From Zunongwangia sp. H14 (lineage in GTDB: Bacteria > Bacteroidota > Bacteroidia > Flavobacteriales > Flavobacteriaceae): a stretch of 64,000 bases of DNA. The notes beneath the pieces are model-generated. The model was given only the letters and a program-made list of their open reading frames with translations, was not told where the DNA came from and made no database searches. Of the stretch, positions 40,891-50,000 are shown one piece after another. Where the stretch lies: contig NZ_JBGFSM010000008.1 in the NCBI RefSeq assembly GCF_041679265.1, positions 124,877 to 188,876 of the forward strand, in the 5' to 3' direction. Made by a program: the position numbers and the translations under genes. How positions within the stretch are numbered: position 1 is the stretch's first letter; every line of letters begins with the position of its first letter.

Positions 40891-41772
40891 TCAGTCATTT
40901 TCCTTTAGCACCAAAACAGGAATATTGGGGTTAAAATCTATTTCCTCTATAAAAGGCTGTGCAAACAATTTTGAGAAAAACCCCTGTTTCCGCTTATAGA
41001 TGGCGAGCAAATCACTCTGCCTGCTTTCAATAAAAAGACGGGTACCGGTGCTTATGGTAGTTTTGGTAAGGGTATGGAAACTACAATCAAATTTTATAAA
41101 GTAATCTTTAAGAACCTTCTTATTGGATTCCTGTTCTTTGTTCAGTTTTTTATTATCGGTATCAATATAAAGCACCCTTATGCCGGCTCTAAAACTGGAA
41201 GCAATATCCATAAGGGCAGTGAGCTCTTTAAGTTTAAAAGCCATTCTAAAGCTGGTTGGGAATACAATTTCCCTTACCAGATCTGTGGTTGGTGAACATT
41301 CTTCTGGAATTACCAGGATTGGGCATTTTTCTATTTTATCTGAAACTAAAGTTACCGTATTGTCGTAAGCTGAATTTATAGAAACATTTTCCCCTTTAGA
41401 CCCCATAAGGATGAGGTCTATATTATGCTTATCCACAGCATCCTGAATAGCTTCCGGCAGTGGCTGGTTAGAAGACAGAGTTTCAAACTGATGTCGCGGA
41501 TTTTCCTTGCGGAAAGATAAGCCCTGCAAAACTTTTTCAAGACCTTCCAGGGAATCTTCCCTGGCTCTTTCAGTGGCGTTTTTTCCGGAAGATTTAGATA
41601 AAGAAAGTTTTTCCGGTAAAGTGCTTCCGCTTTGATAGGCATTCAAGACATAAAATGTGCAGGGAATGTTTTTATATAAACCAAAACCATACACCAGGGC
41701 GTTCCATGCATGCTTTGAAAAATTTGTAGGAACAAGAATTCTTTTCTCCATACTTATGTTTTTAAGTTTCAA
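40891..41772 (-). CDS. tandem universal stress protein (two UspA domains)
   Basis: Two UspA-like modules (KRILVPTNFSKHAWNAL, DLILMGSKG). Confidence 0.65.
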   Translation of the reverse strand: MKLKNISMEKRILVPTNFSKHAWNALVYGFGLYKNIPCTFYVLNAYQSGSTLPEKLSLSKSSGKNATERAREDSLEGLEKVLQGLSFRKENPRHQFETLSSNQPLPEAIQDAVDKHNIDLILMGSKGENVSINSAYDNTVTLVSDKIEKCPILVIPEECSPTTDLVREIVFPTSFRMAFKLKELTALMDIASSFRAGIRVLYIDTDNKKLNKEQESNKKVLKDYFIKFDCSFHTLTKTTISTGTRLFIESRQSDLLAIYKRKQGFFSKLFAQPFIEEIDFNPNIPVLVLKEND

Positions 41773-41898
41773 AAAGGAAACCGCTTGTAAATATAGTATT
41801 TCATAACTACAATACTCACGGAGCTCCAGGTATAAAGAAAATTTTTTTAGAGGTTTTTTCTGCGGAAGAATTATAGAAAGCGCAAACTCCTAAATACT

Positions 41899-42651
41899 TT
41901 ACAACTGTTCCCGGAGTTTTTTAAATTCCTGCTCGAGGTAATCCAGTTTATTTGCCAAAGCAGATGCATTGTCCGGCAGCCTTTGGAGAAAAGTATATTT
42001 TATGAGCCATAATTCTTTTACTTCTGCCAAAGGTATCACAGTATCTTTAATATTATTATTGGTGGCCTTCAGGGTTATTTTGTCTCCAAACAAATAAAAC
42101 TTACGCAGGTACAAACCTTCCTTTACAAGCGTAAGGATAAGGCTGCCATTTTCTGTTTTTAAAAAATTCTCGGCTTGAACCCTTTCACCAATAACAACAT
42201 CTTTAGGCCTTAAGCCACGTTCATTCTCTACGTTGTCTTCATTAGAAATCACAAAACCCCGGAACGTACCATTAGGATCTACCGGGAGGCAAAGGCAGGG
42301 AAGGTCTTCTATAAAGTGCGGCTTATCGTAATACCGAATATAATCCTGTTCACTGGCTGGTACAATGCAGGGAACCTTGGGAAAATCATCTTTTTCAAAA
42401 GTTCCCTGCAGAGGCAGGTCCTCTTTAAATTTTAAAAGTTTGTTCACCGTAAGTTCTTTGGTGAGCAGATCGTCTATAGTAATGCTAAAATAATTAGCTA
42501 TTTTTATAATAGTTTCAATACGCGGCTCACTTCTCTCTTCTTCATAAGCCCCTAAAGTCCCGCGTTTTAACTCGAACATCTCTGCAAAAGCCTGCTGGCT
42601 CAGCTTCTTGACGTTTCTGATCTTCCGGATATTCTTTCCAAAGTAAGACAT
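41899..42651 (-). CDS. XRE-family HTH transcriptional regulator with C-terminal S24 (LexA/CI)-like domain
   Basis: HTH_3 (IRKIRNVKKLSQQAFAEMFELKRGTLGAYE). The C-terminal beta-rich region has S24-like organisation (FVISNEDNV, KDVVIGERV, GSLILTLVKEGLYLRKF). The catalytic Ser/Lys assignment is uncertain. Confidence 0.6.
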   Translation of the reverse strand: MSYFGKNIRKIRNVKKLSQQAFAEMFELKRGTLGAYEEERSEPRIETIIKIANYFSITIDDLLTKELTVNKLLKFKEDLPLQGTFEKDDFPKVPCIVPASEQDYIRYYDKPHFIEDLPCLCLPVDPNGTFRGFVISNEDNVENERGLRPKDVVIGERVQAENFLKTENGSLILTLVKEGLYLRKFYLFGDKITLKATNNNIKDTVIPLAEVKELWLIKYTFLQRLPDNASALANKLDYLEQEFKKLREQL

Positions 42652-42706
42652 ATTTTTGCTAAAATTATTTGCAATAAATAAAAATTGTTTTATCTTTATC
42701 TAACAA

Positions 42707-42800
42707 TATTAGCTAATAGTGTAGATAATTGCTAATCTTTTTGGTTTTATTTTATTCAGAGAGAATGATATCCTGAAGTACTAAGATAATTAGCGTAATT
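42707..42800. promoter_or_regulatory. divergent promoter/operator region with a perfect 12-bp palindrome and related boxes
   Basis: TATTAGCTAATA (42707-42718) is its own reverse complement. There are related TTGCTAATC (42729-42737) and TTAGCGTAATT (42789-42799) boxes. The region lies between the divergent XRE/S24 regulator and the pspA cluster. Confidence 0.4.
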
Positions 42801-42883
42801 TTTTTAACCTTAAAAAAGATAAATCATGGGAGCGATAATAATTGCGGTCATTTTGTTAATAATACCTTAAAACCTTCAGATTT

Positions 42884-43324
42884 TTGTATTATTACGCCTT
42901 AAACCATCAGCAATCAAAAAACCAATCGATGAAAAACCATTTTCAGATTACAAAAAACTTTTTGCTGGAACTTAATTTTAATATCACCTTCGAAAATGAA
43001 GAAGAAGGAATTATAATGGTTCAAAAGGAAAGTTTTGGAATTAAGAACCTAATTCTTGGAGTAGCGCCGCCTATATTAATTATGGAGCAATATATCTTCA
43101 GGATTAACAATCAGTCAGAAAAAATTTTCAGAAGCCTGCTTCAAAAGAACAGGGACATAATTCATGGAGCTTTTGTTCTGGACGATTCGGGAGAAAAAGT
43201 GATTTTCAGGGATACACTTCAAATACAAAACCTGGACATAAACGAGTTGGAAGGTTCTTTAAATTCCCTCAGCTTATTGATGAGTGAATATTCAGACCGG
43301 ATTATAGAATTTTCAAAATACTAA
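42884..43324 (+). CDS. YbjN-like small protein (type III secretion chaperone-like fold); the start may be the internal ATG at 42929
   Basis: 146 aa. Its hydrophobic periodicity and motif blocks (FENEEEGIIMVQKE, GAFVLDDSGEKVIFRDTLQIQNLDINEL) resemble the YbjN/DUF2596 family. Assignment by eye only. Confidence 0.4.
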   Translation: MYYYALNHQQSKNQSMKNHFQITKNFLLELNFNITFENEEEGIIMVQKESFGIKNLILGVAPPILIMEQYIFRINNQSEKIFRSLLQKNRDIIHGAFVLDDSGEKVIFRDTLQIQNLDINELEGSLNSLSLLMSEYSDRIIEFSKY

Positions 43325-43334
43325 ACCTAATGTT

Positions 43335-44051
43335 ATGAACATTTTTAGACGATTATTTAAAATAGGGGAAGCCGAAGCAAATTCAGCCATAGATAAAATG
43401 GAAGATCCCATTAAACTAACCGAGCAGGGAATAAGGGATTTAAAGCAGGACCTTGATAAAAATATGGAAGCCCTGGCACAGGTAAAGGCCCTGGCTATTC
43501 GTGCCCGCAACGACCAGGAAGAATACCTGGAGAAAAAAGAAGATTATCACAATAAAGCCATTCTTATCCTCAAAAAAGGAGAGCGTGGTGAAATGGATAA
43601 AACCGAGGCTGATCGCCTGGCCAGGGAAGCGCTTATCAAGAAAGAGGAATCTCAGAAACATGTGGAAAGGGCAGAGGAGGAAGCGCGTAAATTCAATGAA
43701 AATGTAAGCCAGTTGGAACGCAATATTCAAACGATAAAAGCCAGCATCAGCAATTGGGAAAATGAGCTTAAGACCTTAAAGGCAAGGGTAAAAGTTAGCA
43801 ATGCCACCAAAATCCTCAACAAGCAAATGGCTGAAATTGACAGTAGCAGTACCGTGTCTATGTTGGAGAGGATGAAAGAAAAAGTTGCCCAGGAAGAAGC
43901 CCTGGCCGAAGCTTACGGAGATATTGCCGGGGCCACAAAAACCATAGATGACGAGCTGGAGAAAGCCGCGAATTCTACAGAGACCAAGGCTGAAGATGAT
44001 TTAAGCAAACTCAAAGACCAGCTGGGAATTAACAAAGATAAAAATTCCTGA
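43335..44051 (+). CDS. pspA: PspA/IM30 family protein (phage-shock protein A / Vipp1; ESCRT-III superfamily)
   Basis: MNIFRRLFKIGEAEANSAIDKMEDPIKLTEQGIRDLKQDL is the canonical PspA N-terminus. The rest is an all-helical coiled coil. 238 aa. Confidence 0.85.
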   Translation: MNIFRRLFKIGEAEANSAIDKMEDPIKLTEQGIRDLKQDLDKNMEALAQVKALAIRARNDQEEYLEKKEDYHNKAILILKKGERGEMDKTEADRLAREALIKKEESQKHVERAEEEARKFNENVSQLERNIQTIKASISNWENELKTLKARVKVSNATKILNKQMAEIDSSSTVSMLERMKEKVAQEEALAEAYGDIAGATKTIDDELEKAANSTETKAEDDLSKLKDQLGINKDKNS

Positions 44052-44053
44052 AA

Positions 44054-44752
44054 GTGGACAGTTTAACGCACATATTGTTTTCCCAGGTTAATCTCACTTT
44101 AAGCATCCTGCTCATTTTACTCCTGGTCTACTGGTTATTAACCATGGTTAGCGGGATAGATTTTGATTATGATGTAGATATTGATGTAGATGTGGATGCA
44201 GATGTTGGGATGGAAGGCGGGAATATGGAATTCCAGGAGGTTTCCAATGCCGAGTTAAACCGGGAAGATGTTGTGGGAAAGCGTATCCAGCCTTTAAAAT
44301 GGTGGCAGGTCTTTCTTATTTATTTCAATTTCGTGGGGCTGCCGTTTATGTTCACCTTTACCTGTTTTGTTTTTATCTGGTGGTTTAGTACCGTGTTAAT
44401 AACAGCGCTAACCGTTACCTACGACAATGTGCTGGGATTTGCCATCTTAATAATTGCATTTTTTGCCTCTCTTTTTATAAACAAGATCTTTACCAGTCCC
44501 TTTAAAGGCTTTTTTAAAAACCTGAATAAAGATGGGGATAAAGCAGTGGATTATATTGGCAGGCAGGGCGTGCTTTTATCCAGCATATCCGGTGACAGGA
44601 TGGGAAATGCTGAAATTAGTGTAAACGGGGATTCCATGTCTGTTTACGTAAAATCCCTTCACGGCGAGGCTTTGAATTATCATGATAAAATATTGATAAT
44701 AAAGCAATCTGCCGATAAAAATTACTTCTTAGTACAATCTTATAACGACTAA
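44054..44752 (+). CDS. NfeD/YqiJ-like membrane protein with C-terminal OB-fold
   Basis: N-terminal TM, an acidic DFDYDVDIDVDVDADV linker, further TM helices and a C-terminal beta-rich segment (GRQGVLLSSISGDRMGNAEISVNGDSMSVYVKS). It lies 15 nt upstream of the flotillin gene, as in yqiJ-yqiK. Confidence 0.55.
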   Translation: MDSLTHILFSQVNLTLSILLILLLVYWLLTMVSGIDFDYDVDIDVDVDADVGMEGGNMEFQEVSNAELNREDVVGKRIQPLKWWQVFLIYFNFVGLPFMFTFTCFVFIWWFSTVLITALTVTYDNVLGFAILIIAFFASLFINKIFTSPFKGFFKNLNKDGDKAVDYIGRQGVLLSSISGDRMGNAEISVNGDSMSVYVKSLHGEALNYHDKILIIKQSADKNYFLVQSYND

Positions 44753-44767
44753 TCAATCTATCTTAAA

Positions 44768-46846
44768 ATGAATCAAATTTTACCAATCATCGGAATTGGA
44801 TTAGGGGGAATATTGTTCCTAATCATAGTGTATTTCGCGATTATCGCGATGTTTTATAAGAAAGTGCCCCAGGGCCGTGCCATTGTGCGTACAGGTTTTG
44901 GCGGGACCAAAGTAGCCACAGATAAAGGCCTTTACGTGGTGCCTGTTTTTCACCGGGTGGAAGTCATGGATATTTCTGTAAAGAAAATCCAGATTGAGCG
45001 CCAGGCACATGAAGGCCTTATTTGCCGGGACAATATGCGGGCAGATATAAAAGTGGCTTTTTTTGTGAGGGTCAACAACGATATTTCCTTTATAAAGCGT
45101 GTTGCCCAAACCATTGGGGTGGACCGTGCTTCCAGAATTGAAACTTTGGAGGACCTTTTTGAAGCCAAATTTTCAGAAGCTCTTAAAACCGTTGGAAAGA
45201 AATTCGACTTTATTGAGCTTTATGAAGCACGCCGGGAATTCCGGGATGAAATTGTGAATATTATTGGGACAGATCTTAACGGCTATACCCTGGAAGATTG
45301 TGCTATAGACTTTCTTGAGCAAACGCCAATCACCCATCTTAAACCCGATAATATTTTAGATGCTGAAGGAATTAAGAAAATTACCGAGCTTACCGCTGTT
45401 CAGAATATGAAGGCGAATCTTATTAAAAGGGATGAAGAAAAAACCATTCGCAAGCAGGATGTGGAAGCCCGGGAAGCTATTCTGGAGCTTGATAAACAAT
45501 TAGCTGAAAAAGAAGAGCAGCAAAAACGCGAAGTGGCCAATATTAAAGCCAGGGAAGCAGCAGAAATAAGCAAGGTGGCTGAAGAAGAGCGACTTAAATC
45601 TGAAACCGCCAGGATTGCCACGGAAGAAAAAGTTAAGGTGGCTGAAGAAAATATGAACCGGCAGATTATTGTGGCCGCCAAGAATAAGGAACGCACAGAT
45701 GCTGTGGAAAGCGAAAGAGTTGAAAAAGACCGATTACTGGAAGCTACCGAGAGAGAACGTATTGTGACCTTAGCTCAAATTGAAAAAGAAAAAGTGGTTG
45801 AGGTTGAGAAAAAGAATATCCAGGATGTGATTCGGGACCGGGTAATGCTGGAAAAAGGAGTGGTGGAAGAGCGTGAGAATATGAAAGATATTGAAGCTTT
45901 TAAAACCGCCGACCGTGAGAAGAAAGTAAAAATAACGGTTGCTGAAGCCAATGCCCAGGAAGACCTGATTAAAATAATAAAAGCTGCCGAGGCCAAAAAA
46001 GAAGCGGCTAAACAAAGAGCCGAAGAAATTAATATTGAAGCCCTGGCACAGAAAGAGGCCAGCGAAAAAGAAGCCAAAGCCAGAAAGACCATTGCTGAGG
46101 CCAAAGCCAAAGAAGAAGCCACCATTGGATTATCTGAAGCTGAAGTGATGCATGCCAAGGCAGATGCCAGCGAAAGGCAGGGAATAATGGAAGCTCTTAT
46201 TATCGAGAAAAAAGCCAAAGCCGAAGCTGCCGGAATGGAAGCCAAAGCTGAAGCCAGCCTTAAGGAAGGAAAAGCAGCTGCCGAGGTCATTAAGGAAAAA
46301 GCCCTTGCCGATGCTGCTGGAATTGAGGAAAAAGCGGCCGCAATGAAGAAACTGGACGGAGTTGGAAAAGAGCATGAAGAATTTAAATTGAAGTTAGATA
46401 AAGAACTTCAGGTAGATTTGGCCCATATCAATATTCAGAAAGATATAGCAGATGCCCAGGCGCACGTGATAAGCGATGCCCTTAAAGCCGCCAAAATAGA
46501 TATTGTTGGTGGGGAAACTATGTTCTTCGATCAGATTATCGGGCAGATTACCAGGGGTAAAGGGATAGACAGGCTGGTGCAAAACAGCAGCAATGTTCAG
46601 GATTTAAAGGATTCTATATTGGGAAGTGAAGATATTAAGGGAAACCTGCTTACAAAAGTCCGCGAGTTTTCCCATAAATACGGGATCTCTTCAGAAGATA
46701 TCAAGAACTTTACCATCGCCAGTCTTTTGATGGAGCTCAAACAAAAATCTAATGATCCTAATGAGCAAACCATGCTGGGCAACCTTTTCAACCTGGCGAA
46801 AGGGCTGGGGCTTTCAGATAAAAAGGTAGCTGCTTTAAAAGCCTAA
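44768..46846 (+). CDS. flotillin (SPFH/band-7 domain, YqiK/FloT-like) with long EA-rich coiled coil
   Basis: N-terminal TM plus SPFH domain (AIVRTGFGGTKVATDKGLYVVPVFHRVEVMDIS), then ~350 aa of Glu/Ala/Lys-rich heptads. 692 aa. Confidence 0.85.
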   Translation: MNQILPIIGIGLGGILFLIIVYFAIIAMFYKKVPQGRAIVRTGFGGTKVATDKGLYVVPVFHRVEVMDISVKKIQIERQAHEGLICRDNMRADIKVAFFVRVNNDISFIKRVAQTIGVDRASRIETLEDLFEAKFSEALKTVGKKFDFIELYEARREFRDEIVNIIGTDLNGYTLEDCAIDFLEQTPITHLKPDNILDAEGIKKITELTAVQNMKANLIKRDEEKTIRKQDVEAREAILELDKQLAEKEEQQKREVANIKAREAAEISKVAEEERLKSETARIATEEKVKVAEENMNRQIIVAAKNKERTDAVESERVEKDRLLEATERERIVTLAQIEKEKVVEVEKKNIQDVIRDRVMLEKGVVEERENMKDIEAFKTADREKKVKITVAEANAQEDLIKIIKAAEAKKEAAKQRAEEINIEALAQKEASEKEAKARKTIAEAKAKEEATIGLSEAEVMHAKADASERQGIMEALIIEKKAKAEAAGMEAKAEASLKEGKAAAEVIKEKALADAAGIEEKAAAMKKLDGVGKEHEEFKLKLDKELQVDLAHINIQKDIADAQAHVISDALKAAKIDIVGGETMFFDQIIGQITRGKGIDRLVQNSSNVQDLKDSILGSEDIKGNLLTKVREFSHKYGISSEDIKNFTIASLLMELKQKSNDPNEQTMLGNLFNLAKGLGLSDKKVAALKA

Positions 46847-47031
46847 TAATGGTTCAGGAAAATGTTTTAAGATCATTTTTCCGCTGAAGTGTAGTGAAAT
46901 GACCCATAAAGGAAAGCCTGTCTGCATGGGCAGGCTTATCCTGTTATGGAAATCTATTTCAGCTTTACCTCCAATTTCGGGTCTGCAAGGCTGGAAACGG
47001 GAATGTTTATCCAAATTATGATTAGCAATAA

Positions 47032-50000
47032 ATGAAACAAGAAGATAACAAAACTGTAAAAAATGATGCCCTGGATGGCGGCACTTACGAAATTATCCGC
47101 AACCGGCTGGCCGTTCATAAATCAAATTTGCAGGAGCGTTTACAGCAGTTAAATGAAAGCCGCAAAACGGTCTTTGGTTCTCTGGAAACGCAGCTTATCG
47201 CCAGTAACCGCATTAGTACTGAAAATAATTGCGTGGCCAGGGATATTATTTCCCTTGGGAATACCTGCATTTTTGGCTATAATGTGCATTTTGGTTTGCG
47301 TACCGAGATCAAACTTTCTGATGTTTTCAGCGTATACCAATTTGCAGAAAACCGGTTTGTGCAGGTGGCGCATTCTATTCTTGAAGATGAAACCTTCAAA
47401 AGCGATTTTACCAATCTCTATAAATATTACCGCAATACCATTTTCTCGAAATTTGCCAGAATCGGCAATTACCTGCACATGGTTTTTCAGCTAAGTGACA
47501 GCGTTACTGATATCAAGACTTTTAAGTGGCTTATCGCTGATGACAAACTGGAATATATAGACAATCGCAGCGAGCATGAATTTAAATATCCGCAGCAGCA
47601 CCAGTTTAAGTGGCAGGAAGCAAACCGCGATATGCAGCGTTACGGGGAGCACCCGCATGTGGCTATTTTGGATAAGGTATTTGTGGAAACCATTGGTGGG
47701 GATCTCACCATCAAAATTGAAGACAATACCAATGATGGTAAAGGAATTTATTCTGAAGCCGTAAGCTATAAAGACCAGACGCTGGATGACGGCCAGATTC
47801 GCTTTGCCGATTTGGGAAACCTCATTATCCTGGAAATAAAACCATTCCAGGAGGAGCCAAGGTATTTTGTGTACAATCACAAGGTGCAGGAGGTACAGAA
47901 AATAGATTCTGTTAAGGAAGCGGTGGTATTGCTGCCCGATGAGCAGGGCATTATTTTTCCCAATGGGTATTATTTGCAAACCGGCGAATTTCATCTGTTT
48001 AGTACAGAGGTCCAGCAGCTTAAGTTCCAGGGAACTATTGCTTCTACAAACGGTGAGGATTTTCTGTATATTTTTTACTCTCCCGTGGAGGGCACTTACA
48101 AGCTCATGGATTACAATATGATAGCCCAGGAAATTAAAACTCCCATTGTTTGCGGCGGCTTTACGGTATTGCCAGATGGTGAACTTTGCTGTTTTAAAGC
48201 TGAAGCGGAGCAAACAAAGCACCATATGATCCAGATTTGGCAAACGCCTTACCTGGAAGGCGATTTTATGCCTTCGGAACACCAGGATTCCATGCTGTAT
48301 AAAATTGGCAATAAAGATATTGTGAAGGCCATGGCCGAGGCGCGGGAACTTATTACTTTGCTGAATAAAGAAGATAATTATGACGGCCTGTACACCGATA
48401 TTGCTAAAATTTCCAAAGACATTCTTGATGCTTATTACTGGCTTGGCGAAGCCGAAACTTCAAATTTAAAAGAACCGCTTAAAGAGATCAACCAGGCGGC
48501 AAATTCAGCTATAGATGAATTTCAGAAGGTCGTTCAGCTAAAGAAAAATGCAGCGGCAGAAACAAAGGCAATTCAGCATAAAGCAGACGATCTTTTCAGC
48601 AAAATTAAAAGCACTTCTTTTAAAAGTATAGATGAGTTTGTGGCATTGCTCTCGCAGTTAAGAAGCCTGCGCGGGGAGCTAATTGGCTTATATGAACTCC
48701 GTTATGTAGACGAAGAACTGATTAAAAACCTGGAAAATGAATTAGCGGAACATACATCTAAAATTTCCCGCAGGTGTGTGGAATTTTTGCTGGATGAGAA
48801 GGCTTTGCAGCCTTACCATGAAAAAGTTTCCGAAAAAGGGCAAAAACTGGAGCAGATCCAAAAAGTGGTTGAAGCAAAACAGCTGGAAGATGAGGTGAAC
48901 CAGATTGCGGCAGATTTGGAAATGCTTATCGATATTGTTACCAACCTGGAGATTGAAGACACTTCGCATTCTACAAAAATCATTGACAATATTTCGCTAA
49001 TTTTCGCGACCATTAACCAGCTGAAGGCGGCCTTAAAGAATAAAAGGAAGCGCCTGGGCGGCAAGGAAGCCAAAGCCGATTTTGCCGCGCAGCTCAAGCT
49101 AATAGACCAGAGCATTATTAATTACCTGGACCTCGCTAAAACTCCGGAGAAGTGCGATGAATTTCAGAATAAAATCAGTATTCAGCTGGAAGAGCTGGAA
49201 GGCAAATTTGCCGATTTTGAAGAGTTTATTGCTGAAATTATTGAAAAAAGGGAAGAGATTTATAACGCTTTTGAAAGCAAAAAAGCAGCGATCACTGAAA
49301 AGCGGAACAAAAAAGCGATGGCTTTGCAAAGCGCGGCCGATCGTATCCTGAAAAGCATCGGCAAAAAAGCGGAAAGCCTGAAATCTGTTGCTGAAATCAA
49401 CGGTTACTTCGCGGCCGATCTTATGGTAAATAAGCTGCGGGATATTGTGAACCAGCTAAACGAATTGGAAGATAGCGGCAATGCCGAAGAAATTGAAACT
49501 GCCCTTAAAACCAGCCGGGAAGATGCCATTAGAAAATTAAAAGATAAGCAGGACCTTTATGAAGACGGCGAGAATATTATAAAGCTGGGAAATCATAAAT
49601 TCGGCGTGAACCGGCAGGAACTGGATCTTAGCTTCGTGATGAAAAATGGCAGTTTGTGCTATCACCTTAGCGGAACAGATTTTTACCAGGAACTGGAAAA
49701 CGAAGTGCTGCTTAACAGCAGGAAATACTGGAACAGGGAATTTATTTCAGAAAATGAAGAGGTTTACCGTGCGGAATATCTCGCTTTTAGAATTTATCAA
49801 AAGCAAGAAATTATAAAGCTGGCAAAAATGGATAAGCAGGAATTACTTCATCTTGTCCGGGAGGAAAGCAGCAGCAATTATTCTGAAGGTTATATTAAAG
49901 GTGTGCATGATGAGGATGCCGCCGGGATATTGGAGGTTTTGGTACAAAAACGTTTGGAGTTGGGAATTTTGTCTTTTTCTTCCAGGGTGCGGGCGCATGG

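Noticed and set aside
41899-42651. Prophage or integrative element suggested by an XRE/S24 CI-like repressor (and xerD at 59285)
   Set aside because: No phage structural, terminase or replication genes, no integrase adjacent to the repressor, and no flanking direct repeats are seen. xerD sits in its usual housekeeping context near aroQ.
45400-46375. Antisense ORFs of 81-171 aa inside the flotillin gene (Ala/Ser-rich translations)
   Set aside because: They are reverse-complement artefacts of the GAA/GCN-rich coiled-coil coding region. Their products are low-complexity (ASALAS...). The plus-strand flotillin ORF is continuous and domain-coherent.
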